From: Bacteroidota bacterium
GTDB taxonomy: Bacteria > Bacteroidota > Bacteroidia > Chitinophagales > LD1
Length of the DNA stretch: 64,000 nucleotides
Direction: 5' to 3'
Assembly: GCA_025963485.1 (NCBI GenBank)
Contig: JAOQAO010000041.1
Location: forward strand, 20,114-84,113
In this document: positions 8,783 through 17,270 of the stretch, in pieces
How the letters are laid out: each line of letters opens with the position of its first letter
Position numbering within the stretch: position 1 is the first letter of the stretch
Made by a program: the position numbers and the translations under genes
The notes under the pieces: model-generated
Told to the model about the DNA's origin: nothing
Database searches by the model: none
Seen by the model: the letters and a program-made list of their open reading frames with translations, nothing else

Positions 8783-9706
8783 TTAATTAGGCAAAGCGGT
8801 CACTTTTTTGCCAGACCATTTGGACAAAATGACCAAACCTCCGACCATAATAATGCCTGCCGGTATGGTATAATAAAGAGGCAGAGCCTCTGAAGATGTC
8901 AGGTCAGAATGAATGCTGCCGGACATAAAAGCGTATTTGCCCGCTACGACAGAGAAATTATTGAAGAAATGGGCCGTGATCGCTACCCAGAGGCTATCGG
9001 TATAGAAGTACAGCATGCCGAGGACTATGCCCATGCACCAGATACCCAGTACATTGTCAAACTCAAAGTGCATAACAGCGAATACGAATCCGCTGATCAG
9101 GATAGCTGCGACAGGTGTGAAACTGAAATCCCTGAGGATATTCATCACCGTGCCGCGAAAGAATATCTCCTCTGCACAGGCCGGCAGAACGGCGATGCAC
9201 AGCGTAAGTATGACAAAATGGAAAGGCGATCGCTGTGTAAAGAATGAATCCACAAGTTTTTGCAACAGGTCGGCGCTGGCGCGGAGTGACTGCAGCTTTG
9301 GCGGCAGATGGATCTGCTGCATGAGCTGTACCAGCAGCTGGATAAAGACTCCGGCAGCCATCATCACTATGATAGCTACAAGCCAGTATTTCAGGGATGG
9401 GGCAGTGCGCAGTTTTAGCCGGGCTGGTATGTCTATCCTGAACATGTAATGAAAAGCTAAAGCCGGAAGGAGGAAAAGGCCAAGAGGCGATAGCAGCATC
9501 TGCATATATAGAGAGGCCATTGGGTTTGCGATCTGATCCTGAGTAGAGAGCATGAAGGCATTGGCATCAGCGACGTCAAAAAATAGCGGAAGTGTAAGCC
9601 TGAAAACAGTGGTAACCACCCAAAAGCTGACCAACATCAGCATAATCAGTATAAATGCTACTGTCAATCCCTGGAGCGTTTTATTTTCAGGAAATGGATA
9701 TTTCAT
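8783..9706 (-). CDS. CPBP-family intramembrane glutamic endopeptidase
   Basis: CPBP/Abi motifs: AEEIFFRG, FAVMHFEF, TAHFFNNF. Multi-TM protein. ATG at 9706; the track start at 9715 is TTG. Confidence 0.75.
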   Translation of the reverse strand: MKYPFPENKTLQGLTVAFILIMLMLVSFWVVTTVFRLTLPLFFDVADANAFMLSTQDQIANPMASLYMQMLLSPLGLFLLPALAFHYMFRIDIPARLKLRTAPSLKYWLVAIIVMMAAGVFIQLLVQLMQQIHLPPKLQSLRASADLLQKLVDSFFTQRSPFHFVILTLCIAVLPACAEEIFFRGTVMNILRDFSFTPVAAILISGFVFAVMHFEFDNVLGIWCMGIVLGMLYFYTDSLWVAITAHFFNNFSVVAGKYAFMSGSIHSDLTSSEALPLYYTIPAGIIMVGGLVILSKWSGKKVTALPN

Positions 9707-9796
9707 CTCTCGCAAATGTAAATAATAGCTTCACATACAGGAAAAAAAGTGACATACATCAGGATTGACCGAATTACTTTGGTCTTTGGCATGTGA

Positions 9797-10192
9797 TTGC
9801 ATAACTTTACGCTCAGATTGAAAAAAGGTCTATCCATATTATTGGCATTCGCTATACTGGCACAGGGCATGATGAACCTTGGGTTGTGTGCGTACTATGA
9901 GCTTAATAAAAAGATGATAGCCGATAGGCTCTGCGTGAATAAAAGCAAACCAGAGCTTCATTGCAACGGGAAATGCTTCCTCTCCAAACAGCTCAAAAAG
10001 GCAGAGGAAAATGAGAAGCGCCAATCTAAATCCCTGATGGAGAAAGACGAAGTACCCGCCATCCATGACCAGGAAATAGCATTCAACTATATTCCCTCTT
10101 ATAGTTTTGTCAGCTTCATGGGGTACTATAGCGGGCAGAAGCTGAGTTCTCCGCACATCATCCCCGACCAGCCCCCGCGTGTTTTAGCTTAG
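9797..10192 (+). CDS. hypothetical small membrane-anchored protein (Cys-rich CVNKSKPELHCNGKCFLSK)
   Basis: TTG start, N-terminal TM helix, and co-directional tight spacing with the four genes that follow. No family recognised. Confidence 0.45.
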   Translation: MHNFTLRLKKGLSILLAFAILAQGMMNLGLCAYYELNKKMIADRLCVNKSKPELHCNGKCFLSKQLKKAEENEKRQSKSLMEKDEVPAIHDQEIAFNYIPSYSFVSFMGYYSGQKLSSPHIIPDQPPRVLA

Positions 10193-10256
10193 TATTTATC
10201 GTTCTCTGATCATGTATCAGGGTGCGGTCTTTCTTTTCAGCTAAAACAATTTAATA

Positions 10257-11165
10257 ATGAAATGCAGAATAGTGCTGTGCATGTGCCTCATATGGCTGTG
10301 CAGGGCAAACATAAAAGCTCAGTCCTGCTGTGCGACAGCATCAGGGTGCAATAGCACCATCCTGCCCGACCTGGATAAACATCTGGCAGGGCTGAGGTGG
10401 ACATACAGCCAGTATGACAATCGCAACTTCAGCCTCGATCCTGAGAAGAACGGCATTAAGAATAATGAGATGGTCAATACTCTGGAGCTATTCGGCCGGT
10501 TCAATCTGCCGAAGCGCTTCCAGCTATCGGTATTTGTGCCTGTCACATTCATTCATCAATACTCCTCCCTGTCTGATACACATGATCGCGGTCTTGGCGA
10601 TGCCAGCCTCCTCGCTCAGTACCAGATACTGAACCCGGTCAAATTTGCCGCAGGCAAAGTGAAGCATCAGCTACGTGTGGGTCTGGGAGTCAAGCTGCCA
10701 ACCGGCAGGTACAAGACGGACAAAAACGACCTCTACAATACTAGCGTGCAGCTGGGGTCTGGCAGTGTGGATGTACTCATGAATGCCACATACAGCCTGA
10801 CCTACAAAAAGATGATAATGAATGCACGGCTGGCCTATAAACTCAATACGGTCAATAGTTCTTCATTCCGCTTTGGCGATAAGATCGAAAACGGAGTGAG
10901 GTTCTCCTATGTGGTCCGGGCTGGCAAGATCACCCTGATGCCTACGGCCGGAGCGAACTATGCTTATACGTTTGACAATCATAATCATCATCAGCCTGTG
11001 TATGAGTCGCATTCACATCTGGTCACTGCTTCAGCGGGATTGGAGGCATATGTCCGTCATTTTGCATTTAGTGTCATGGTGCTGCCGGTACTGTATCACG
11101 AGGTATATGTATTGGCCTACAAACAGCGTTTCACTACTGAGGTGGGCGCATTTTATACATTCTAA
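10257..11165 (+). CDS. outer-membrane beta-barrel, MetA-pathway/transporter-like family
   Basis: Signal peptide, alternating beta-strand pattern, GLGDASLLAQYQIL motif, and a C-terminal aromatic residue (AFYTF). Confidence 0.5.
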   Translation: MKCRIVLCMCLIWLCRANIKAQSCCATASGCNSTILPDLDKHLAGLRWTYSQYDNRNFSLDPEKNGIKNNEMVNTLELFGRFNLPKRFQLSVFVPVTFIHQYSSLSDTHDRGLGDASLLAQYQILNPVKFAAGKVKHQLRVGLGVKLPTGRYKTDKNDLYNTSVQLGSGSVDVLMNATYSLTYKKMIMNARLAYKLNTVNSSSFRFGDKIENGVRFSYVVRAGKITLMPTAGANYAYTFDNHNHHQPVYESHSHLVTASAGLEAYVRHFAFSVMVLPVLYHEVYVLAYKQRFTTEVGAFYTF

Positions 11166-11182
11166 TAAACGATCAAACAGAA

Positions 11183-11596
11183 ATGAAAAATGAACAGCCC
11201 ATTTTTATAGCATTATTTTCAGTCCTCATCCTCCTGGCATCCTGCAGTAAGACATCGGTCACTGATGCCCCACCGGTACTGGCTATCACCTCACCGTCTG
11301 CTGCGCAGAATTTTGCAGCCGGATCATCAGTTCATATCACAGGTACTGCCACCGCCTCAGGCACGGACGATGCGCATCTGCTTCATGAACTGTCCATTAC
11401 CGTCACCAGAGCTTCAGACCATATGCAGGTTTGGATCGCGGATATATCTGTGCATGAGGAGCAGAGCCATATGATAGATACATCCTTTGCACTACCCCAC
11501 CCGTCTGTGAGAGATAGCTTGGTACTGGAAGCCGTGGTGGTAAATCATTTGTTAAATAAAGCCACTCAGAAAATTGGCTTCATCGTAAATCCGTAA
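11183..11596 (+). CDS. small lipoprotein, Ig-like fold likely
   Basis: Lipobox LLASCS. 137 aa, Ser/Thr/Ala-rich with several His. Confidence 0.45.
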   Translation: MKNEQPIFIALFSVLILLASCSKTSVTDAPPVLAITSPSAAQNFAAGSSVHITGTATASGTDDAHLLHELSITVTRASDHMQVWIADISVHEEQSHMIDTSFALPHPSVRDSLVLEAVVVNHLLNKATQKIGFIVNP

Positions 11597-11630
11597 ATAC
11601 ATTTATAAAACTCATAAAAATCAAATCAAA

Positions 11631-12401
11631 ATGAGATCAACTATCAAAATGTCCGCAATGCTCATGGTAGCAGTTGTACTATTTCTGACCGGCTGCAAAG
11701 ATCCGGCACCAGCGACGCAAACTGGTATGCTGATGTTTCACCTGCATACCAACCTTGATGCCGATGAGGTTGATGCAGGCGATGTGCATACCAACTGGAA
11801 TGGGAAAAACATTCAGCTCGACCGCGCGCAGTACTACATATCCGGTGTCAAACTGATCAAAGCGGATAACTCAACAGTATCTGTGCCCGGCACTATACTG
11901 GTGAGGATGGGTCAGGAAATATATATGGTAGGCAATGCGCCGGTAGGCACTTACAAAAGCCTCTCGTTCAATGTAGGTGTCCAGCCTGCCGACAATCACA
12001 AAGCGCCTGCGACCCACTCAGCTACTGACGACCTGTCTGAGCAAACTCCTACTATGCATTTCGCATCCACTGCGGACGGCTATATTTTTATGGCTGTAGA
12101 GGGAATGATAGACAGCAGCGCGGGAGGTACCGGTACACCTGATAAATCATTTAGCTATCATATAGGTACTGATGCGCTACTCAAAACTGTCACTATGCCT
12201 GATCACTCAGCTGCTCCTTATAATACGTCATTTGTGGTGAGCGCGACCAGTGGTGCGACAGTGCATATGATGGCGGATTATAATAAGCTATTTAACACAG
12301 TCGACATGAGTACAAACAACATCACCAATACTACAGATATCAACTGGATCGCGACTACCTTAGCGGGTAACATACCGAATATGTTTAGCTACGAAGAATA
12401 A
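11631..12401 (+). CDS. MbnP-like family lipoprotein (putative metal-binding)
   Basis: Lipobox LTGC. LDRAQYYISGVKLIKADNS, PVGTYKSLSFNVGV...NH and MHF...DGYIFMAVEG resemble MbnP-family blocks. This is recognised from memory only. Confidence 0.45.
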   Translation: MRSTIKMSAMLMVAVVLFLTGCKDPAPATQTGMLMFHLHTNLDADEVDAGDVHTNWNGKNIQLDRAQYYISGVKLIKADNSTVSVPGTILVRMGQEIYMVGNAPVGTYKSLSFNVGVQPADNHKAPATHSATDDLSEQTPTMHFASTADGYIFMAVEGMIDSSAGGTGTPDKSFSYHIGTDALLKTVTMPDHSAAPYNTSFVVSATSGATVHMMADYNKLFNTVDMSTNNITNTTDINWIATTLAGNIPNMFSYEE

Positions 12402-12403
12402 GA

Positions 12404-12787
12404 ATGAAACTGCTGCACAAAATATGGATCGTCGCGATAGGTCTTCCTTTGGTTTTGAGTGAATGCTCAAAGCCAAAGGAGATCAGTTGCAGTGGTACTA
12501 TGTCTTTCAAAAAGGATATCATACCGATCATCACGACCCATTGTGCCATATCTGGCTGCCATACTGGTCCCACTCCTGAGGCCAATCTCAATATGGACTC
12601 AGCCAATGCTTATCATAACCTCATCAGTAAAGGCTATGTGATAGCGGGTAAATCCAATTACAGTATCATGTATAACCAGATGCTCGGTACAGGAGGCGTG
12701 CCCATCATGCCGCCGACAGGCCAGCTCGATCATAGCTTGACCGATAAGGTATACTGCTGGATAAATGAGGGAGCACTGGATAATTAA
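12404..12787 (+). CDS. small exported protein with PSCyt-like C-x4-CH motif
   Basis: FKKDIIPIITTHCAISGCHTGP resembles the Planctomycete-type cytochrome c domain, but with CxxxxCH spacing. Starts 3 nt after the preceding gene. Confidence 0.4.
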   Translation: MKLLHKIWIVAIGLPLVLSECSKPKEISCSGTMSFKKDIIPIITTHCAISGCHTGPTPEANLNMDSANAYHNLISKGYVIAGKSNYSIMYNQMLGTGGVPIMPPTGQLDHSLTDKVYCWINEGALDN

Positions 12788-12793
12788 ATAAGA

Positions 12794-13489
12794 CTAATTA
12801 ACCGGAGGGCCTGCAAAAGAATTTTGGCGATAAACTGCCTTTATCCGATTGTAATCAATCTTTGCTGCATATCCCAACGCTTCAAGTTCCTCAAGGGTTT
12901 TGGTTTTTAGAGTTTTGGCTATTACTTTCTTCTCCTCATTCATATTAGATGTCCAAATTTCTCGGAGACCACTACCCGTGTAGTACTCAACTTGAAATAA
13001 TTCGTTTATACCTAAGATTCCGGCAGCGAAAATTTGTTCGGAAACATCAATTAATTGTAATGCAGATCCCGTCCTTAATAGTTCGAGTTTTTGCGAATAG
13101 CATAAAAAACTATAAGGAATAGGTACCCCACCTATTACTGTTTCACCGACTTCGAAAAGATCAGTTTTGAATGGGAATACCGCGTTAATGTTTTGTACGA
13201 AGGGGTGATTCGAGTTAACTACTTCTATATGAGAGACCAATAAGTATTCCCTATCAGTTTTTAAGTATTCTCTAAGTTGAAGCAATATATCTTTTGCTAA
13301 ATGCTCATTATCAAAACGGTCGAATAAAGTAGCACTAAGAATAATTTTGTACTTGGACAATGGATTGCCATTATCCGTTGGAGTAATTAGCATTAGCGAA
13401 TAGTTGTCACCTCTTAAATGAAATCCAGCAGTTTTTAAGAAGTACATTTCTAATGCGGTCCTAATTCTAAATATTACATTATTCAACAT
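12794..13489 (-). CDS. hypothetical protein, partner of the HEPN gene
   Basis: 231 aa, AT-rich. Its ATG (13487-13489) abuts the TAA of the upstream HEPN gene. I could find no GSx(n)DxD nucleotidyltransferase motif. Confidence 0.5.
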   Translation of the reverse strand: MLNNVIFRIRTALEMYFLKTAGFHLRGDNYSLMLITPTDNGNPLSKYKIILSATLFDRFDNEHLAKDILLQLREYLKTDREYLLVSHIEVVNSNHPFVQNINAVFPFKTDLFEVGETVIGGVPIPYSFLCYSQKLELLRTGSALQLIDVSEQIFAAGILGINELFQVEYYTGSGLREIWTSNMNEEKKVIAKTLKTKTLEELEALGYAAKIDYNRIKAVYRQNSFAGPPVN

Positions 13490-13906
13490 TTACCATATTT
13501 TTTTTAACCAACTTAAAATCCCATTTCCTGGGTTTTCCAATGCGACAAGTAGTTTTTCAACGAATAAAACTGTTTTACCTGATTCATATCGCCAAGATTC
13601 ATTCCAACCGTTAATTGTACTATAATTTAATTGGAAATCTGGATCAGCTGCAGCCTTATCATCGAATTTTTTTCTAATTCCACCCAATCTAATCAGTTGA
13701 TCAAAATTATGCGTTTTATATACCTTTCCAAGGTCACCGGTATCAGGGTAATCCGCATCTAGAATTTTACATATTCTTGCTTTTAAAGCTAATTCCAAGC
13801 TATATCCTGTGAGATAGGCGGCGCCCTCATAACATCCGTTATCTTTTAAAATTTTAGCCTCTTTTAATCGAATTTTGGAAAGACTCTTTAATTCTGCTCT
13901 AGTCAT
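13490..13906 (-). CDS. HEPN domain protein
   Basis: AKILKDNGCYEGAAYLTGYSLELALKARI...THNFDQLIRL...WRYE follows the four-helix HEPN (PF05168-type) pattern. 138 aa. Confidence 0.6.
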   Translation of the reverse strand: MTRAELKSLSKIRLKEAKILKDNGCYEGAAYLTGYSLELALKARICKILDADYPDTGDLGKVYKTHNFDQLIRLGGIRKKFDDKAAADPDFQLNYSTINGWNESWRYESGKTVLFVEKLLVALENPGNGILSWLKKIW

Positions 13907-14001
13907 AAGTTTGTCACATAATAAATATAAAGATACTCAAAGGTGTTGGATAAGTGGCAATTTCAGAAGGAGCTTCATTTTCCTTATCTTTGCGCGCTCA
14001 A

Positions 14002-15039
14002 ATGGCAAAAATAGCACATATAGACCTCGGTGAGAATCCACTGCTCCTCGCTCCAATGGAGGATGTGAGTGATCCACCTTTTCGCCGTCTCTGCAAAAAA
14101 CACGGGGCTGATATGCTGTACACCGAGTTTATCTCTTCGGATGGACTGATACGCGATGCTGAGAAAAGCACCAAGAAACTCGACATTTATGAAGATGAAA
14201 GGCCTGTCGGTATCCAGATATTCGGAGGCGAAGAGGAAGCCATGTCCCTCAGTGCAAAAATAGTCGAGCGCGCTAATCCCGAACTGCTGGATATCAACTA
14301 CGGCTGCCCGGTCAAAAATGTGGTTTGCAAAAATGCCGGTTCCGGTATACTCCGCGATATTGACAAGATGGTACGCCTTACGGAGATCATTGTCAAGTCT
14401 ACCAATCTGCCTGTCACTGTCAAGACCCGCCTCGGCTGGGATGCCAATTCGATCCGGGTGGTGGAAGTCGCAGAGAGGCTACAGGACATAGGTATCAAAG
14501 CCATATCCATACACTGCCGCACCAAGCATCAGATGTACACCGGCAAAGCTGACTGGAGCTGGATAGAGAAAGTCAAAAACAATCCAAGACTGCATATACC
14601 TGTCTTCGGCAATGGAGACGTGACCACACCGGAGCATGCCAAAAGCCTGATCAACGACTATGGCGCTGATGGAGTGATGATAGGCAGGGCCTCTATAGGC
14701 CATCCATGGATATTCCGCGAGATCAAACATTACCTCAAAACAGGTGAACATCTGGCCCAGCCGACGCTCAGTGAGCGCCTCGATGCCTGCCGTGAGCATG
14801 TCATGCACTCCATAGAGTGGAAGGGCAATAACCTCGGTCTGTTGGAGATGCGCCGCCATTATGGTCCATATTTCCGGGGCCTGGAGAATATCAAAGGCTA
14901 CCGTTCCCGCCTCGTCCAGACTATGAGCGCGCAGGAGATATATGATATACTTGGTGAAATAGAAGAGCACTATAAAGATGTGGAGAATATATACGCCAAA
15001 CCCAATGTCAGGGAAGAGTATGCGGGATTTGATGCCTGA
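14002..15039 (+). CDS. dusB: tRNA-dihydrouridine synthase
   Basis: LLLAPMEDVSDPPFRRLCKKHGADMLYTEF, INYGCP and HCRT motifs. ATG at 14002; the track start at 13954 is GTG. Confidence 0.88.
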   Translation: MAKIAHIDLGENPLLLAPMEDVSDPPFRRLCKKHGADMLYTEFISSDGLIRDAEKSTKKLDIYEDERPVGIQIFGGEEEAMSLSAKIVERANPELLDINYGCPVKNVVCKNAGSGILRDIDKMVRLTEIIVKSTNLPVTVKTRLGWDANSIRVVEVAERLQDIGIKAISIHCRTKHQMYTGKADWSWIEKVKNNPRLHIPVFGNGDVTTPEHAKSLINDYGADGVMIGRASIGHPWIFREIKHYLKTGEHLAQPTLSERLDACREHVMHSIEWKGNNLGLLEMRRHYGPYFRGLENIKGYRSRLVQTMSAQEIYDILGEIEEHYKDVENIYAKPNVREEYAGFDA

Positions 15040-15082
15040 GGTGATCGTAACGAGGATCTGAATTTTGAAATATAGAAGCGCA

Positions 15083-16246
15083 ATGAGAGTTTTTTTTGTC
15101 TGCAGTTGGTTTCCCAATAGAGTCAGTAAATCAGAGGGTTTTTTTCTCAAGCATTATGCAGAGGCAATATCGCTTTATAATGACGTCACTGTGTTCTACG
15201 TAGGTGAGGATACTTCTCTCACAGCACCCGAAGAGCTCACAGAGAAAATACACAACGCCAAAGTCAAGATCATTTTTTTCAAACCGTTCAGGTCAGGTAT
15301 CAAGCAACTTGATGAGATCATTAACGCGCTGAAAAGAAACATCCACTTGCACAAACTGGTGGCCCGGGAGTTCAAGGTAGCACGTCCCGATATCTTTCAT
15401 TTCAATGTGATGTCGCTGTGTGTGCTCATTGTATGGTACTATAAATTATTTTATCGCATACCTTATGTCTATTCCGAACATTGGGATGTGCCCCTGCGGG
15501 TGCGACTGGGGTTGATAAAGAAATGGCTTCAATATAGGGTTGGGATGACTGTTTCGGCGCTATTCACATCGAGCCTGATCGTATGTTCGCAGGCGATGAA
15601 AGATGCCTTTGAATATTTCCATATCTCGGATAAAATGAAGATCATATCCAGTGTGGTATTTCTGGATAATCAAAACATAGACGATGAGAAGCGTAAGCAC
15701 GGCAAGAAGGTCATGCTGCATGTCTCCTCTCTCGGAGACTGGCAGAAGAATATATCAGGTATGATCAGGGCCACAGCAGAGGTGGCAAAAACACGTTCTG
15801 ATTTTGAATTCCACATACTTGGGTATGGGCCGGAATTTGATAAGCATAATCAGCTGGCCGCATCACTCGGAGTGCTGGACTCTGCTGTTGTATTTCACGG
15901 TTTCGTCAGTGACGAGGAGAAGAGAAGCTGGTTTGAGAAGTCCCTGTTCCACGTGCTTTTCAGCAATTTCGAAGGATACTCTCTCGTGACTGCAGAATCC
16001 ATATACTACGGTCGTCCTGTCATAGCCACTCACTGCGGCGGGCCGGAGGACTTCGTCAATGACAAAAATGGTGTACTCATACAGCCCAATGACGAGAAGG
16101 CACTCGCAGAGGCCATACACTACCTGCTTGATAATTATGAGAAATTCCAGCCAGAAGATCTCCGCAGCTATGGGGAGAGTATATTTTCTCCGCAGATGGT
16201 GGGTATGAAGCATACCAGGCTCTATGAAGAGGTGCTGCGTCGCTGA
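15083..16246 (+). CDS. glycosyltransferase family 4 (GT-B)
   Basis: MRVFFVCSWFPNR start and a C-terminal EGYSLVTAESIYYGRPVIATHCGGPEDFV (E-x7-E region). Confidence 0.75.
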   Translation: MRVFFVCSWFPNRVSKSEGFFLKHYAEAISLYNDVTVFYVGEDTSLTAPEELTEKIHNAKVKIIFFKPFRSGIKQLDEIINALKRNIHLHKLVAREFKVARPDIFHFNVMSLCVLIVWYYKLFYRIPYVYSEHWDVPLRVRLGLIKKWLQYRVGMTVSALFTSSLIVCSQAMKDAFEYFHISDKMKIISSVVFLDNQNIDDEKRKHGKKVMLHVSSLGDWQKNISGMIRATAEVAKTRSDFEFHILGYGPEFDKHNQLAASLGVLDSAVVFHGFVSDEEKRSWFEKSLFHVLFSNFEGYSLVTAESIYYGRPVIATHCGGPEDFVNDKNGVLIQPNDEKALAEAIHYLLDNYEKFQPEDLRSYGESIFSPQMVGMKHTRLYEEVLRR

Positions 16247-16248
16247 TT

Positions 16249-17154
16249 CTATTTCAGCAGTGATTTAGGGATAGATGGCAGCATACTTCTGGTAATGCAG
16301 ACTATATTGTCCTGGTCAGGCAGCTCATCGGCAGTCTTGACCTCTACTAGTTTTGAGAGCCTGTCTTTGCCCATATCCGATCTGTAAATTACATAGTCAT
16401 TGACCGACTTGATATACTTAAATATCTCCGAAGGAGATCCTATGGTATTTTCTCTATCCATAAAACACTCTACGATCAGGATAGGAGCATCAGGACCAGA
16501 CAATACATTCTTAGCGCCTTTGAGGACTTCCAGTTCCCATCCCTCCACATCGGCTTTCATCATTTTAGGCTTGATATCCCCGATGGTATCGTCTAGCTTT
16601 TTGATGGAGATGTCATACTTGAGGGTGCCCTGACCTTCACGCCTGACCATTGATGCTGCTCCGCGGTTATTCTCGACAGTTTCGGGGTAGATTTCACCCT
16701 TACCTTCCTGAGAGCCCAGGGCGTATTCGCAGATGGCGATGTTTGTGAATTTATTGAGGGCGATATTATTCTTCAGGAGTTTGACCGTATCGGGGTTAGC
16801 TTCATAGGCGATCACCTTTCCGGAGTTACCCACACAGATCGAGGCATAGAGGGAGACCACGCCTATATTAGCACCGACATCTATGAATGTATCACCTTCG
16901 CTGAGGCAGGATTTGATGACATGCATGGTCGCCTTTTCATAGGTACCCTTGTAGTATAGCTCGTGCTCCAGTCCATTGATATCCTTTACGGGTTCTGCAT
17001 TGATCGTAAATCCAAGCATGGTTTTGATGGTCTCCATTCCATTGGGCTTGGGGATCAGCATATAGCTGAGGTATTTGGCCAGCTTGCGCGTGCCAAATGC
17101 ATTCATATTAATGATAGCATCAAAGAATTTATACCTGGCTGTAAAGTCTCTCAT
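16249..17154 (-). CDS. FkbM-family SAM-dependent methyltransferase
   Basis: FIDVGANIGVVSLYAS SAM-binding motif and FkbM-like layout. Confidence 0.7.
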   Translation of the reverse strand: MRDFTARYKFFDAIINMNAFGTRKLAKYLSYMLIPKPNGMETIKTMLGFTINAEPVKDINGLEHELYYKGTYEKATMHVIKSCLSEGDTFIDVGANIGVVSLYASICVGNSGKVIAYEANPDTVKLLKNNIALNKFTNIAICEYALGSQEGKGEIYPETVENNRGAASMVRREGQGTLKYDISIKKLDDTIGDIKPKMMKADVEGWELEVLKGAKNVLSGPDAPILIVECFMDRENTIGSPSEIFKYIKSVNDYVIYRSDMGKDRLSKLVEVKTADELPDQDNIVCITRSMLPSIPKSLLK

Positions 17155-17270
17155 ATTTGCAGCGATGATAGTATTATTACCAGAGATTTCAAAATAGGCG
17201 TTCAGGGTGGTTTTTATGCCATATTCAGATTATTTATTTATATTCGCATTTAAACCAAAAACGTCAACAT

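Noticed and set aside
14479-15150. 223-aa minus-strand ORF.
   Set aside because: It is antisense to the 3' half of dusB, and it would collide with the GT4 gene start.
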